From the NCBI GenBank assembly GCA_965223705.1, contig OZ245015.1, forward strand, positions 2,656,001 through 2,720,000: a stretch of DNA of 64,000 nucleotides. The letters run 5' to 3'. A program made the translations under genes and the position numbers. Under the pieces are notes generated by a model. The model had not been told where the DNA came from and searched no databases. It was given only the letters and a program-made list of their open reading frames with translations. Source of the DNA: Myxococcota bacterium. Lineage in GTDB: Bacteria > Myxococcota_A > UBA9160 > UBA6930. Of this stretch, positions 1-10,284 are shown piece after piece; positions within the stretch are counted from its first letter, which is position 1; the number at the start of each line of letters is the position of its first letter.

Positions 1-111
1 CCCGCTGTGTGCGACGACGACGTCGTAAGGCTCCTTGCGCAACGTGCGCTCGAGTGCGCGGAGAATGTGCGGCTCGTCATCGACCACGAGCAGGGTCGGC
101 CGCGCGCTCAT
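1..111 (-). CDS. Response regulator receiver protein, N-terminal part (runs off window)
   Basis: Own translation MSARPTLLVVDDEPHILRALERTLRKEPYDVVVAHSG is a receiver N-terminus; its ATG overlaps the stop of the upstream kinase-like gene (ATGA). Confidence 0.85.
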   Translation of the reverse strand, partial: MSARPTLLVVDDEPHILRALERTLRKEPYDVVVAHSG

Positions 112-914
112 ACAGACGGCGCCGCGGGAAGCCGCAGCTCGATCCGCGTACCCGACCCGCCGGAATCCAGTTCGAGCGTACCGCCGAGTTCGCGGAGTTC
201 GCGTGCGGCACGCGCGAGCCCGAACTCGGCCAGGACCGACGCTTCGTGGGGACTCGAACGCAAAAGCGCCGTGCGCTCTTCCGTTCGGAGCGGCGCGCCC
301 GTGTCGGCGATCGAGAGACAGATCTCCGCGCCGCGGCGGCCGGCGTAGACGCGCACCGAGGCGGCCCGGCCCTCCCCCGCTTCGGCTACCGCTTCCGCCG
401 CGCGCAGCAAAAGCGTGACGATGATCCGCCGCAAGACCGACGCCGAGCCGCTGGCGCGGATGTCCGGGACGAGCTCTGTTTCCACCACGAGCCCGGGTGC
501 CGTGACGCCACGCAGGGCGTGAATCGCTCCCTTGACCACTTCCGCGAGCTCCGGCGACTCGCCACTCGAACGGACACCGAGGAGTCCCTGCAAGTCGTAC
601 AGACTGCTCCGAATGCGCCGGGCGCCTTCGAGCGATTCCCGCACCGCTGCATCCGAATCTTTGAGCGCCTGTTCGGGCTGAACGGCGGCGAGCGCGCCGT
701 CGAAGGCCGCGATCACTTCGGGTTTCGGGGCGTTCGCCTCGTTCAGTTCGGACCGCAGCGCCAAGGCCGCATCATGCAACCTGCCGAAATCGTCCAGGGT
801 GTCGGCGAGCTGCAAGAGGTTGGCCTGGACGAAACCCAGTGGATTGCTCATCTCGTGGACAAAGCCCGAGATCAGGCGCGCGAGTCGAAAAGCTTCATCG
901 CGGTTCGTCGAAAT
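108..914 (-). CDS. Histidine kinase-like protein (HisKA + degenerate HATPase), no sensor domain; start uncertain (ATT at 914 proposed)
   Basis: H-box-like GFVHEMSNPLG (His lies upstream of the ORF-track ATG at 851), ADTG box and C-terminal GGTLELDSGGSGTRIELRLP. Confidence 0.7.
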   Translation of the reverse strand: MSTNRDEAFRLARLISGFVHEMSNPLGFVQANLLQLADTLDDFGRLHDAALALRSELNEANAPKPEVIAAFDGALAAVQPEQALKDSDAAVRESLEGARRIRSSLYDLQGLLGVRSSGESPELAEVVKGAIHALRGVTAPGLVVETELVPDIRASGSASVLRRIIVTLLLRAAEAVAEAGEGRAASVRVYAGRRGAEICLSIADTGAPLRTEERTALLRSSPHEASVLAEFGLARAARELRELGGTLELDSGGSGTRIELRLPAAPSV

Positions 915-1024
915 TGCGAGGCTCCCCTGCGATCGGACGCGGCGGACGCGTCTTCGGGGGGATGGCCGGACACTAACCGAATGCGGGGCCGGGGCAAACC
1001 GAGAATCGGCGCGAAGTCGGATCG

Positions 1025-2023
1025 CTAGCGGCGGAGATCGTGCTTCGTGAGTTTTCGATAGAGCGTCGAGCGCCCGATCCCCAAGAGGCGCGCCGCAGCG
1101 GCGACGTCACCGCCCGCTTCCTCGAGCGCGCGCAGCAACGCAGCGCGTTCGTAAGCATCGAGCGAGAGGGGCAAGTTCGAAACCTCGCGTGCCGTCGTTC
1201 GGGTCGACTTCGCGGCGATACCCAGGTCGGGAAAATCCTGTTGCCCGAGCGTGCGCTCGCCGGCGAAGGCGAGCGCGGACTCGATGGCGTTCTCGAGCTC
1301 TCGCGCGTTCCCCGGCCACGCGTGGTTCTCGAGTCGATCCACCGCCTCGCGCGAGAGCATCCCGTCCGGACGTCCGTGTTTCGCGACGAAATGCCGCGCG
1401 ATCGGCTCGATGTCTTCGACGCGTTCTCGCAGGGGCGGAATCTCGAGGCGGACGACGTTCAGTCGGTAGAAGAGATCCATGCGGAACGTTCCCGCTCCGA
1501 CCATCGCCTCGAGGTCGCGATGGGTCGCCGCGACCACTCGGATGTCGACGGGAACAGCTCCGGCCGCGCCGACCGGGCGCACTTCTTTGTGCTGCAATGC
1601 CCGCAACAGTTTCGCTTGAACCACGGCGGGAATCTCGCCGATTTCGTCGAGAAAGATCGTCCCGCCCTCGGCCATCCGAAACAGACCGTGCGCGCCGGTC
1701 GCTCCCGTAAACGCGCCTTTGCGATGGCCGAAGAGCTCACTCTCGATGATCGACTCCGGGAGGGCTCCGCAATCGACCGGAACGAACGGTCCGTCGCTTC
1801 GCACACTGGCCTCGTGCACAGCGCGAGCGACGAGCTCCTTACCCGTCCCGCTCTCCCCCTGGATGAGGACGTTGCTCTCGTTCTGGCGGAGGCTCGCGAT
1901 CCTCCGAGTCAGGGCCTTGATTGCGGGGGAACGCCCCACGAGGGAGCCGCTCTGCGGGGGGCTCGGGCGGGGCTCGTCGATGGTGAAATCGACGACCCGC
2001 GGGCGGCTCGGATGCGAAGTCAT
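1025..2023 (-). CDS. Sigma54-dependent activator (AAA+ and Fis HTH), no N-terminal regulatory domain
   Basis: GESGTGKE Walker [50 protein letters not shown]. Confidence 0.9.
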   Translation of the reverse strand: MTSHPSRPRVVDFTIDEPRPSPPQSGSLVGRSPAIKALTRRIASLRQNESNVLIQGESGTGKELVARAVHEASVRSDGPFVPVDCGALPESIIESELFGHRKGAFTGATGAHGLFRMAEGGTIFLDEIGEIPAVVQAKLLRALQHKEVRPVGAAGAVPVDIRVVAATHRDLEAMVGAGTFRMDLFYRLNVVRLEIPPLRERVEDIEPIARHFVAKHGRPDGMLSREAVDRLENHAWPGNARELENAIESALAFAGERTLGQQDFPDLGIAAKSTRTTAREVSNLPLSLDAYERAALLRALEEAGGDVAAAARLLGIGRSTLYRKLTKHDLRR

Positions 2024-2148
2024 CGGGATCCATATCGGAGACGGGAATCGCTCCCTTGAGGATCGCCCCGGCCCAGGAGCTCTGTTGCGACCCGCCCGGC
2101 CGCTGCCTAAGGTCTCGGGCCGCCCCCCTCCGAGAACCGGAGGCATCT

Positions 2149-3540
<1,392 letters not shown>

Positions 3541-3763
3541 CCGGGCTTCGAGTACGGTTTCGAAATTCGCCGACACAAGAAGCGTCGGTTTCCTGACAGT
3601 TGCACGCTGAAAGACCGGCCCCGCGATCGTGCACGCAACCGGTGCCGAGGCGGGTACGCAGAAAGTTTCGGGCGCGTCTTCCGTAGCATTTTCAGCCAGT
3701 TATCGACTCTTTGGAAAGCTCGCGAAACCCTTGCAGGCCGTGTTCGACGGCTCCGCCGCAAGG

Positions 3764-3780
3764 TTGGCACGCCGCCTGCT
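3764..3780 (+). promoter_or_regulatory. Sigma54 (-24/-12) promoter upstream of fliA
   Basis: TTGGCACGCCGCCTGCT: TGGCAC with exact GG-N10-GC spacing, 50-75 nt before the candidate fliA starts. Confidence 0.7.
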
Positions 3781-3854
3781 TTCCCCCGCATCTCGTGCGC
3801 ACGCCGGGCGCAAAGGGGGGAAGTCGCGGGATGCAGCAGATTCAGGAAGGCGGG

Positions 3855-4625
3855 ATGGAAGACCAACTTCGCAGCGCGAAGACCGAGACCGGGGACGTTC
3901 CGGCGCCGCTCAAAGAGCAGTTGGTGCTCGAGCACACGCCGCTCATCCGGTACATCGTCAACCGCATCGCGGTGCGACTCCCTTCGCACATCGACCTCGA
4001 CGACCTTCACAACACGGGCGTCATCGGCTTGATGGACGCCATCGAGAAGTACGATCCGGAAAAGAACTGCAAGTTCAAGACGTACGCCGAGTTTCGGATC
4101 AAGGGAGCGATCCTCGATCAGCTCCGCTCACTCGACTGGGTGCCGCGCAGCGTCCGCCAAAAGAGTCGACGACTCGAGCGCGCCTACGGAGAGGTCGAGC
4201 AGCGGCTCGGACGATCCGCCAGCGAGGAAGAAGTCGCTGATTCGCTCGGCCTTCAGATCGACAAATTCCACGAGCTGCTCAACCAGGTACGCGGCATCTC
4301 GCTGGTCAACCTCGAAGAGATTCGCGGCAACAGCCAGGACGGAGATCGTCCCGGCAACTTCGCCGACATCGTCGAAGACATTCACTCGGAGAATCCGTTC
4401 GCCACGTTCCGTATTCACGAAACGAAAGGCCTCATCGCGGATACGATCTCGACGCTGCCGGAGAAAGAGCGCCTCGTCATCACTTTGTACTACTACGAAG
4501 ATCTCAACATGAAAGAGATCGGAAACATTCTCGGTATCACGGAATCTCGCGTGTGCCAGATTCACACGAAGTCGGTGCTGCGGTTGCGTTCGAAGCTCAA
4601 GGGCGCGGTCGACCGCGCCTCGTGA
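3855..4625 (+). CDS. fliA: RNA polymerase sigma factor, FliA/WhiG (sigma28) family
   Basis: RLPSHIDLDDL, FKTYAEFRIKGAILDQLRSLDWVPRSVR, LYYYEDLNMKEIG, TESRVCQIH; alternative ATG at 3831. Confidence 0.92.
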   Translation: MEDQLRSAKTETGDVPAPLKEQLVLEHTPLIRYIVNRIAVRLPSHIDLDDLHNTGVIGLMDAIEKYDPEKNCKFKTYAEFRIKGAILDQLRSLDWVPRSVRQKSRRLERAYGEVEQRLGRSASEEEVADSLGLQIDKFHELLNQVRGISLVNLEEIRGNSQDGDRPGNFADIVEDIHSENPFATFRIHETKGLIADTISTLPEKERLVITLYYYEDLNMKEIGNILGITESRVCQIHTKSVLRLRSKLKGAVDRAS

Positions 4626-4632
4626 CGGCTCG

Positions 4633-5379
4633 CTAGCCTTCGGTACACCGCACGAGGACCACGGAGATGTTGTCCTCGCCGCCGCGGGAATTCGCCAGGC
4701 CGATCAGCTCATCGCAGGCTTCTTCGAGACGCGGCGAGGCGTCATCCCGACACGCCTCGGCCACGAGCTTCTCGATCTCGTGATCTTCGACGTGGTTCGT
4801 CAAGCCGTCTGAGCACAGCACGAACACGTCGCCGTGGGCGAGGGTCAGCTCGGCGAGATCGGGCTCGACCGTCCGCCGAACGCCCAGGGCACGCGTCAAC
4901 ACGTGGCGGTGGGGATGTTCTCTCGCATCGTCCTCGCTGATCTCTTGCCGCCGCAACAAGTCCGCAACAATCGAATGATCGTCCGTCAGCTGGCGAAGGC
5001 TCTTGTTGCGCAGGCGATACGCGCGGCTGTCTCCCACGTGGGCAATGGCGGCGCGGTCCTTGTCGATCAACAGACCGACAAACGTGGTCCCCATGCCCGC
5101 GTAGTCGCTCCTGGCCATCGCTGCGTCGAAGATCGCTCGATTCGCGGATGACACGGCGTAGCGACACTTTTCTGCGAGGCTCGCAGTGGCTTCTTCAAGG
5201 GCCGATACGGCGGCAATCGCCGCTTCGACGGCCAAGGCACTCGCCACCTGCCCCGCCTTGTGTCCCCCCATGCCGTCGGCGACGGCGTAGAAGCCCAGCG
5301 GGGGCGATACGGCATAGCGGTCCTCGTTCTCGCGGCGGCGCAACCCGACGTCGCTCTCCGCCGCTGCCTGCAAGTGCAT
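4633..5379 (-). CDS. PP2C-family Ser/Thr protein phosphatase (Stp1/PrpC-like)
   Basis: RRENED, VADGMGGH, GMGTT, HVGDSRAY, LCSDGL and GGEDN motifs. Confidence 0.93.
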   Translation of the reverse strand: MHLQAAAESDVGLRRRENEDRYAVSPPLGFYAVADGMGGHKAGQVASALAVEAAIAAVSALEEATASLAEKCRYAVSSANRAIFDAAMARSDYAGMGTTFVGLLIDKDRAAIAHVGDSRAYRLRNKSLRQLTDDHSIVADLLRRQEISEDDAREHPHRHVLTRALGVRRTVEPDLAELTLAHGDVFVLCSDGLTNHVEDHEIEKLVAEACRDDASPRLEEACDELIGLANSRGGEDNISVVLVRCTEG

Positions 5380-5604
5380 GATCGTTCCCTTTCCCGCCCC
5401 TCGTGCATCGGCCCGCGGCCGATCCCGCTTAACCGGGTGACAGTTAGCGTAAGGCCCCGGGGAACCGAGTAAAAACATTCAACCCCGAGGCTTCGCGCGA
5501 CGATAATCCGGTAACGTAATTGCCGGCTCGCCGCCCTTCCGGTGTGGCGACGCTCGGATGGTGCCGAGAGCGTCTCGTTCGCCCGAGGCGGCACCGGGGG
5601 GATC

Positions 5605-7533
5605 ATGCCGAAAACACTGCTCCTTGCAGACGACAGCGTCACGATTCAGAAGGTCGTGGGAATCAGTTTCGCAAACGAGGACGTCATCCTCCTCACGGTA
5701 GACAACGGCGACGACGCCATCGCCCGCGCTCGCGAAGCGCGTCCGGACCTGGTCTTGGCGGACGTCGTGATGCCCGGCAAGAACGGCTACGAGGTCTGCG
5801 CGGCGATCAAGAACGATCCCGAGATCAGCGCCACGCCCGTCATGCTCCTCACCGGGACGTTCGAAGCCTTTGACGACAGCCGCGCCAGGGAAGTCGGTGC
5901 AGACGGGCACATCACCAAGCCTTTCGAGGCTCAAGCCTTGGTCGATCGCGTCAACCAGCTGCTCGAGCAGGCCGCTGGCCACAGCGATTCGGCGAGCACG
6001 CCCGAGCCGTCGCCCCAAGCGGAGCCCGCGTCGCCCCTCACCGATGCGTTCGACGAGCCGGGCCCCGCGAACGAGAGCGAGCGCTTCGAATCTCCGGCGC
6101 AGACCCCTCCGGAGTCCTGGACCGCTCCGGACGACTTCGGAACCACGCCGATCCCCGAGCCGACCCACGCGGCCCATCCCGCCGCGCCGCCGGCGGCGAC
6201 GTCCATGACACCGCCGCCGATTCCCGAGGTTGGCGAGTCCAGCGGGTTTGGTTCCGTGCCCCCGCCCGTTTCGGCGGCCCCGACCCCGCCCCCGGTTCCG
6301 GACGCTCTCACCGACGGTGATCTGGGAGACGGTCCGGCCGCGGAGGCTCTCTCGGGCTCCTACGATTTCTTCGAAGACGAATTCGGAGCGAACGCGACGC
6401 CGCCGAGCGAGAGCACGTCGACGAGCTACGGGTTCGGCGCGACAACCGACGGCTCCCTCGAATCCGCGATGTCGGACGAGATACCGTCCAACTTCGATTT
6501 CGGAGACTCCCAGATCGGAAGTCCGGCCTTCCCTTCTGCCGAAACCAACGTCACTGCGTCGAGCAGAAACGAAACCGCGAGCCCCGACAGCTTTTCGGAC
6601 GCCCAGACGATCCCGCCGTCCTTCGACACGGAATTCGACGGCGAGGATGACGAGCCGACTTTCGACGCCACGACCGCCTGGGAGCGACCGCCGACGGAAG
6701 CGACCGAAGAAGCGGCCCCGACCCCGGTGGCACCGCCCTTCGAGGAAGCCCCGACCCCGGTGGCACCGCCCTTCGAGGAAGAACTCGAAACCACCGCACT
6801 TCCCGAGGAAGCCGCCGGGAGCGGAGAGCTCTTGCACGCCGAGGACGTCGTCGAAGCGGCCGAAGACGCGAATTTCGTCGACGACCCCGCTGAACCGGCG
6901 ACGACGCTCCCGCTGCCCGAGCACGACGCCGACGACAGCCTGCCTCCGTTCGAGCATGGCTTCGGAACGGCAGATCGCGACAGGCAGGTCACGCCCTTCT
7001 CCGGGATGGATGCGAGCGGAAGCGGCGCGGCGATCACCGGCATGGATGCGCCGATCGAGGCGGAGCCGTTGACGACGGACGGTCCGGGAGATGAATCAAC
7101 GGGTGCGTTCGGCGACGCGTTCGGTAGTCTCGCCACCGAGAGCCAACGACCCGAGAGCTTTCAAGATCCTGCACCGAGCGGATCGTTTGATGTCGCTCAC
7201 GAGGACGTGGCCCACCTGGACACTCGGACGGGAGTTCGGACCGAGGACGAATTGCCCGGCTCGAGCTTCGCGGAGACCATGCCGATCTCGGATACAGAAC
7301 GCGACGATTCCCCGCAGGGAGATCACGATCTCCGAAGCTCCAATCCGGCCTTCAGGCAGGAGATTCACGACGCCATCGAAAAGATCGCTTGGGAGGCGAT
7401 GGGGCCCGTCGCAGAGGCGATCGTGCGCGACTGCGTCGAGAAGGTGGAGCGCGTCGCTTGGGAAGTCATCCCCGAGATGGCCGAAAAGCTGATTCGCGAA
7501 GAGATCCGCCGTCTGAAAGGCGAAGATCAGTAG
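5605..7533 (+). CDS. romR: RomR-like polarity response regulator (receiver, long acidic/Pro linker, C-terminal helical motif)
   Basis: MPKTLLLADDSVTIQKVV...GTFEAFD...KPFEAQ receiver and C-terminal ERVAWEVIPEMAEKLIREEIRRL resemble myxobacterial RomR. Confidence 0.8.
   Translation: MPKTLLLADDSVTIQKVVGISFANEDVILLTVDNGDDAIARAREARPDLVLADVVMPGKNGYEVCAAIKNDPEISATPVMLLTGTFEAFDDSRAREVGADGHITKPFEAQALVDRVNQLLEQAAGHSDSASTPEPSPQAEPASPLTDAFDEPGPANESERFESPAQTPPESWTAPDDFGTTPIPEPTHAAHPAAPPAATSMTPPPIPEVGESSGFGSVPPPVSAAPTPPPVPDALTDGDLGDGPAAEALSGSYDFFEDEFGANATPPSESTSTSYGFGATTDGSLESAMSDEIPSNFDFGDSQIGSPAFPSAETNVTASSRNETASPDSFSDAQTIPPSFDTEFDGEDDEPTFDATTAWERPPTEATEEAAPTPVAPPFEEAPTPVAPPFEEELETTALPEEAAGSGELLHAEDVVEAAEDANFVDDPAEPATTLPLPEHDADDSLPPFEHGFGTADRDRQVTPFSGMDASGSGAAITGMDAPIEAEPLTTDGPGDESTGAFGDAFGSLATESQRPESFQDPAPSGSFDVAHEDVAHLDTRTGVRTEDELPGSSFAETMPISDTERDDSPQGDHDLRSSNPAFRQEIHDAIEKIAWEAMGPVAEAIVRDCVEKVERVAWEVIPEMAEKLIREEIRRLKGEDQ
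6715..6780 (+). repeat. Perfect 33-bp tandem duplication (APTPVAPPFEE x2) in the RomR linker
   Basis: gccccgaccccggtggcaccgcccttcgaggaa at 6715-6747 and 6748-6780. Confidence 0.95.
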
Positions 7534-7578
7534 AGCGCGCTGCGGCCTCCCCTGAGGGAGGTGGTGTAAACTGACGGT

Positions 7579-8448
7579 GTGTCCGCCACCGCCCCGTTTC
7601 CGGTCCGCCAAAGTTGGCTCCCTCTCCTGGAGCGGGCGCTCGCCGAGGATCTCGGTCCGGGCGATGTGACCAGCGACGCGGTTCTCGCGGCCGACGCCCA
7701 ATCGTCGTGTCAGCTCGAGGCGCGCGAAGATTTGATCCTCTGCGGCCTTCCCGTGGCCCTCGCCACCTTTCAAGCGGTCCGCGGAGATCTCGCGTTCGAA
7801 CCGCGGCAAAGCGAAGGCGCCGCTGTGGCCAAGGGAGACGTCCTCGCGGAAATCCGCGGGAACGCCCGGGCGATCCTGGCGGCGGAGCGCACCGCGCTGA
7901 ACTTCCTCCAGCGGATGTCGGGGATCGCCACCGAGACGCGGCGCTACGTCGACGCCGTGGCGTCGACCGACGCCCGAATCGTCGACACACGGAAGACCTT
8001 GCCGGGCTGGCGCGCGCTAGACAAATACGCCGTTCGGGTGGGCGGCGGGATGAACCACCGCACCGGCCTGTTCGACGCCATCCTCATCAAAGACAACCAC
8101 ATCGCCGCAGCGGGAGGCGTTGCAGAAGCGATCGGCGCGGCCCGGTCCGGTGCCGCGCAACATCTCTGGCTCCAAGTCGAAGTCGAGAGTTTGGATCAGG
8201 CCGCAGCGGCGGTCGACTGTGGTGTTGACTCACTTCTTCTCGACAACCGCAGCGTCCCCGAGCTCGCGCGGTTCGTCGAAGCTTTCGGTGACCAGTGCGT
8301 CCTCGAAGCGTCGGGAGGCGTGACCTTCGATCGGATTGTGGATATCGCAAAGACCGGGGTGCACCGCATTTCGATCGGCGCCCTCACCCACTCCGTTCGC
8401 GCCGCGGACATCGCGCTCGAAGTCCAAGATCCGGAGACAGGCGCATGA
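7579..8448 (+). CDS. nadC: Nicotinate-nucleotide diphosphorylase (quinolinate phosphoribosyltransferase)
   Basis: AERTALNFLQRMSGIAT, DTRKTLPG, NHR, LIKDNH, LLDN, EASGG. Confidence 0.96.
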   Translation: MSATAPFPVRQSWLPLLERALAEDLGPGDVTSDAVLAADAQSSCQLEAREDLILCGLPVALATFQAVRGDLAFEPRQSEGAAVAKGDVLAEIRGNARAILAAERTALNFLQRMSGIATETRRYVDAVASTDARIVDTRKTLPGWRALDKYAVRVGGGMNHRTGLFDAILIKDNHIAAAGGVAEAIGAARSGAAQHLWLQVEVESLDQAAAAVDCGVDSLLLDNRSVPELARFVEAFGDQCVLEASGGVTFDRIVDIAKTGVHRISIGALTHSVRAADIALEVQDPETGA

Positions 8449-9467
8449 ACGGGGCGGGCGCCGGCGCGATTCTCCGAGCACTGCGGCTCGCCGGCGCGGC
8501 GCGATGTTCCGGAGAACAACTGTCGCGCGAACTCGGCGTCTCGCGCTCGCAAATCTGGAAACACGTCAGCACGCTGCGCGGTCGGGGCTACGACATCGAC
8601 GGCAGCGCGGGCGAAGGCTACAGGCTTCGGAGCAGCCCGGACCGCCTGTATTCCGAAGAGATCCAACCGGGTCTGGGGACCCGCGCCGTCGGACGGAAGA
8701 TCGAGCATCTCGATTCGACGGATTCGACGAACCGTGTCGCACACGAGCGAGCCCGAGCCGGTGCTCCGCACGGCTACACCGTCATCGCCGAAGCTCAGAC
8801 GGCGGGCCGCGGTCGCCTCGGCCGCACTTTCTTCTCGCCGGCGCACGAAAACCTCTACACGTCGATCATCCTGCGGCCGTCGCTGACCACTGCGTCCTGC
8901 GCAACGGCAATCCTCGCGGCGGCGGTGGCTGTGGCGGAGACCGCTGCAGCGAGTGTCGGAGACGACGACCGGGTGACGATCAAATGGCCGAACGACGTCC
9001 TGATCGATCGCCGAAAGACCTCGGGCATTCTGATGGAGCTCGCCGCCGAGGCAACGCGCGTGGACTACCTCGTGCTCGGCATCGGCATCAATATCAACTC
9101 CGACCCGTCGAGCTTCCCCGAAGAATTTCGCGCCAGCGCCACCAGCCTCGCAGCGTCCGCAGGTCGCCCGATCGACCGCGCCCAGGTGGCCCGCACGCTC
9201 TTCACGCTGCTCGAGGACGTCCTCGACCTACACGAGGCCCGGGGCTTCTCGGCGATTCGCGATCGCTTCGATGCGCGGTTCTCGATGCGCGATCAAACCG
9301 TCACCGTTCGAGATCTCGATGGGGGCTCGACCACGGGCACCGCCCTGGGAGTCGCGAACGACGGTGCCCTGCGCCTACGTCACGCCGACGGAAGCGAGCG
9401 AAGGCTCTTGGCGGGTGACGTGACGATCGGAAGCGGCGAGACCCATGCCGCGAGGGTCGCGTCGTGA
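8445..9467 (+). CDS. birA: Bifunctional biotin ligase/repressor
   Basis: N-terminal HTH SGEQLSRELGVSRSQIWKH, QTAGRGRLGR, KWPNDV. Confidence 0.94.
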   Translation: MNGAGAGAILRALRLAGAARCSGEQLSRELGVSRSQIWKHVSTLRGRGYDIDGSAGEGYRLRSSPDRLYSEEIQPGLGTRAVGRKIEHLDSTDSTNRVAHERARAGAPHGYTVIAEAQTAGRGRLGRTFFSPAHENLYTSIILRPSLTTASCATAILAAAVAVAETAAASVGDDDRVTIKWPNDVLIDRRKTSGILMELAAEATRVDYLVLGIGININSDPSSFPEEFRASATSLAASAGRPIDRAQVARTLFTLLEDVLDLHEARGFSAIRDRFDARFSMRDQTVTVRDLDGGSTTGTALGVANDGALRLRHADGSERRLLAGDVTIGSGETHAARVAS

Positions 9468-10282
9468 AACCCGCGACCCTACTCGCGATCGACGTCGGCA
9501 ACACGAATGTGTCACTCGGACTCTTCGACGACGTCGGCGGGCGCGGAGAACTGACGAACCACTGGCGAATCGCGACGCGGCGTGAACAGACGTCCGACGA
9601 GCTGACCCTCGTGTTGCGTGGCCTATTCGAACTACCCAGTCGCGACGTTTCCGAGATCACGGACGTCATCATCTCGAGCGTCGTCCCACCGCTCCTACCC
9701 ATCTGGGAGCGGGTCTGCCTCAAACTGTTCCCGTCGCCACCGCAGTTCGTCGGCCCGGGAATCCGCACGGGCATGCCCGTCCGATACGAGAACCCGAGGG
9801 AAGTCGGCGCCGACCGGATCGTGAACGCCGTCGCGGCCTACGACCTCGCCCAGGGCGCCGTCATCGCCGTCGATTTCGGCACCGCGACGACGTTCGACTG
9901 TGTATCGGGCCAAGGCGAATACTTGGGAGGGGCGATTTTCCCAGGCATCCATATCTCGATGGAGGCGCTGTTCGAGCGGGCGAGCATGCTCCATCGCGTG
10001 GAGATCGCGCGGCCGCGTCACGTGATCGGTCGCACGACGACGGCGTCACTGCAATCCGGCCTTCTGTACGGCTACGCCGGGATGGTGGACTCGATGGTGG
10101 CGAGAATTCGCGACGAACTCGGCGAGGACGCCGATGTCTTGGCGACCGGAGGGCTCGCACAACGGATCGCGAGCGAGTCGCAAAGTATTCGCAGGGTCGA
10201 GCCCTTCCTGACGCTCGAGGGGCTGCGCATTTTGTTCGAGAAGAATCGTCCGGAAGGGGATGTAACTCAAAAGGAGAGTTAG
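9464..10282 (+). CDS. coaX: Type III pantothenate kinase
   Basis: IDVGNTN, SSVVP, VGADR, DFGTATT, ATGG. Confidence 0.95.
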   Translation: MKPATLLAIDVGNTNVSLGLFDDVGGRGELTNHWRIATRREQTSDELTLVLRGLFELPSRDVSEITDVIISSVVPPLLPIWERVCLKLFPSPPQFVGPGIRTGMPVRYENPREVGADRIVNAVAAYDLAQGAVIAVDFGTATTFDCVSGQGEYLGGAIFPGIHISMEALFERASMLHRVEIARPRHVIGRTTTASLQSGLLYGYAGMVDSMVARIRDELGEDADVLATGGLAQRIASESQSIRRVEPFLTLEGLRILFEKNRPEGDVTQKES

Positions 10283-10284
10283 TC

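Noticed and set aside
6715..6780. 33-bp direct repeats as a possible CRISPR array
   Set aside because: Two adjacent copies without spacers, in frame within a CDS; no cas genes.
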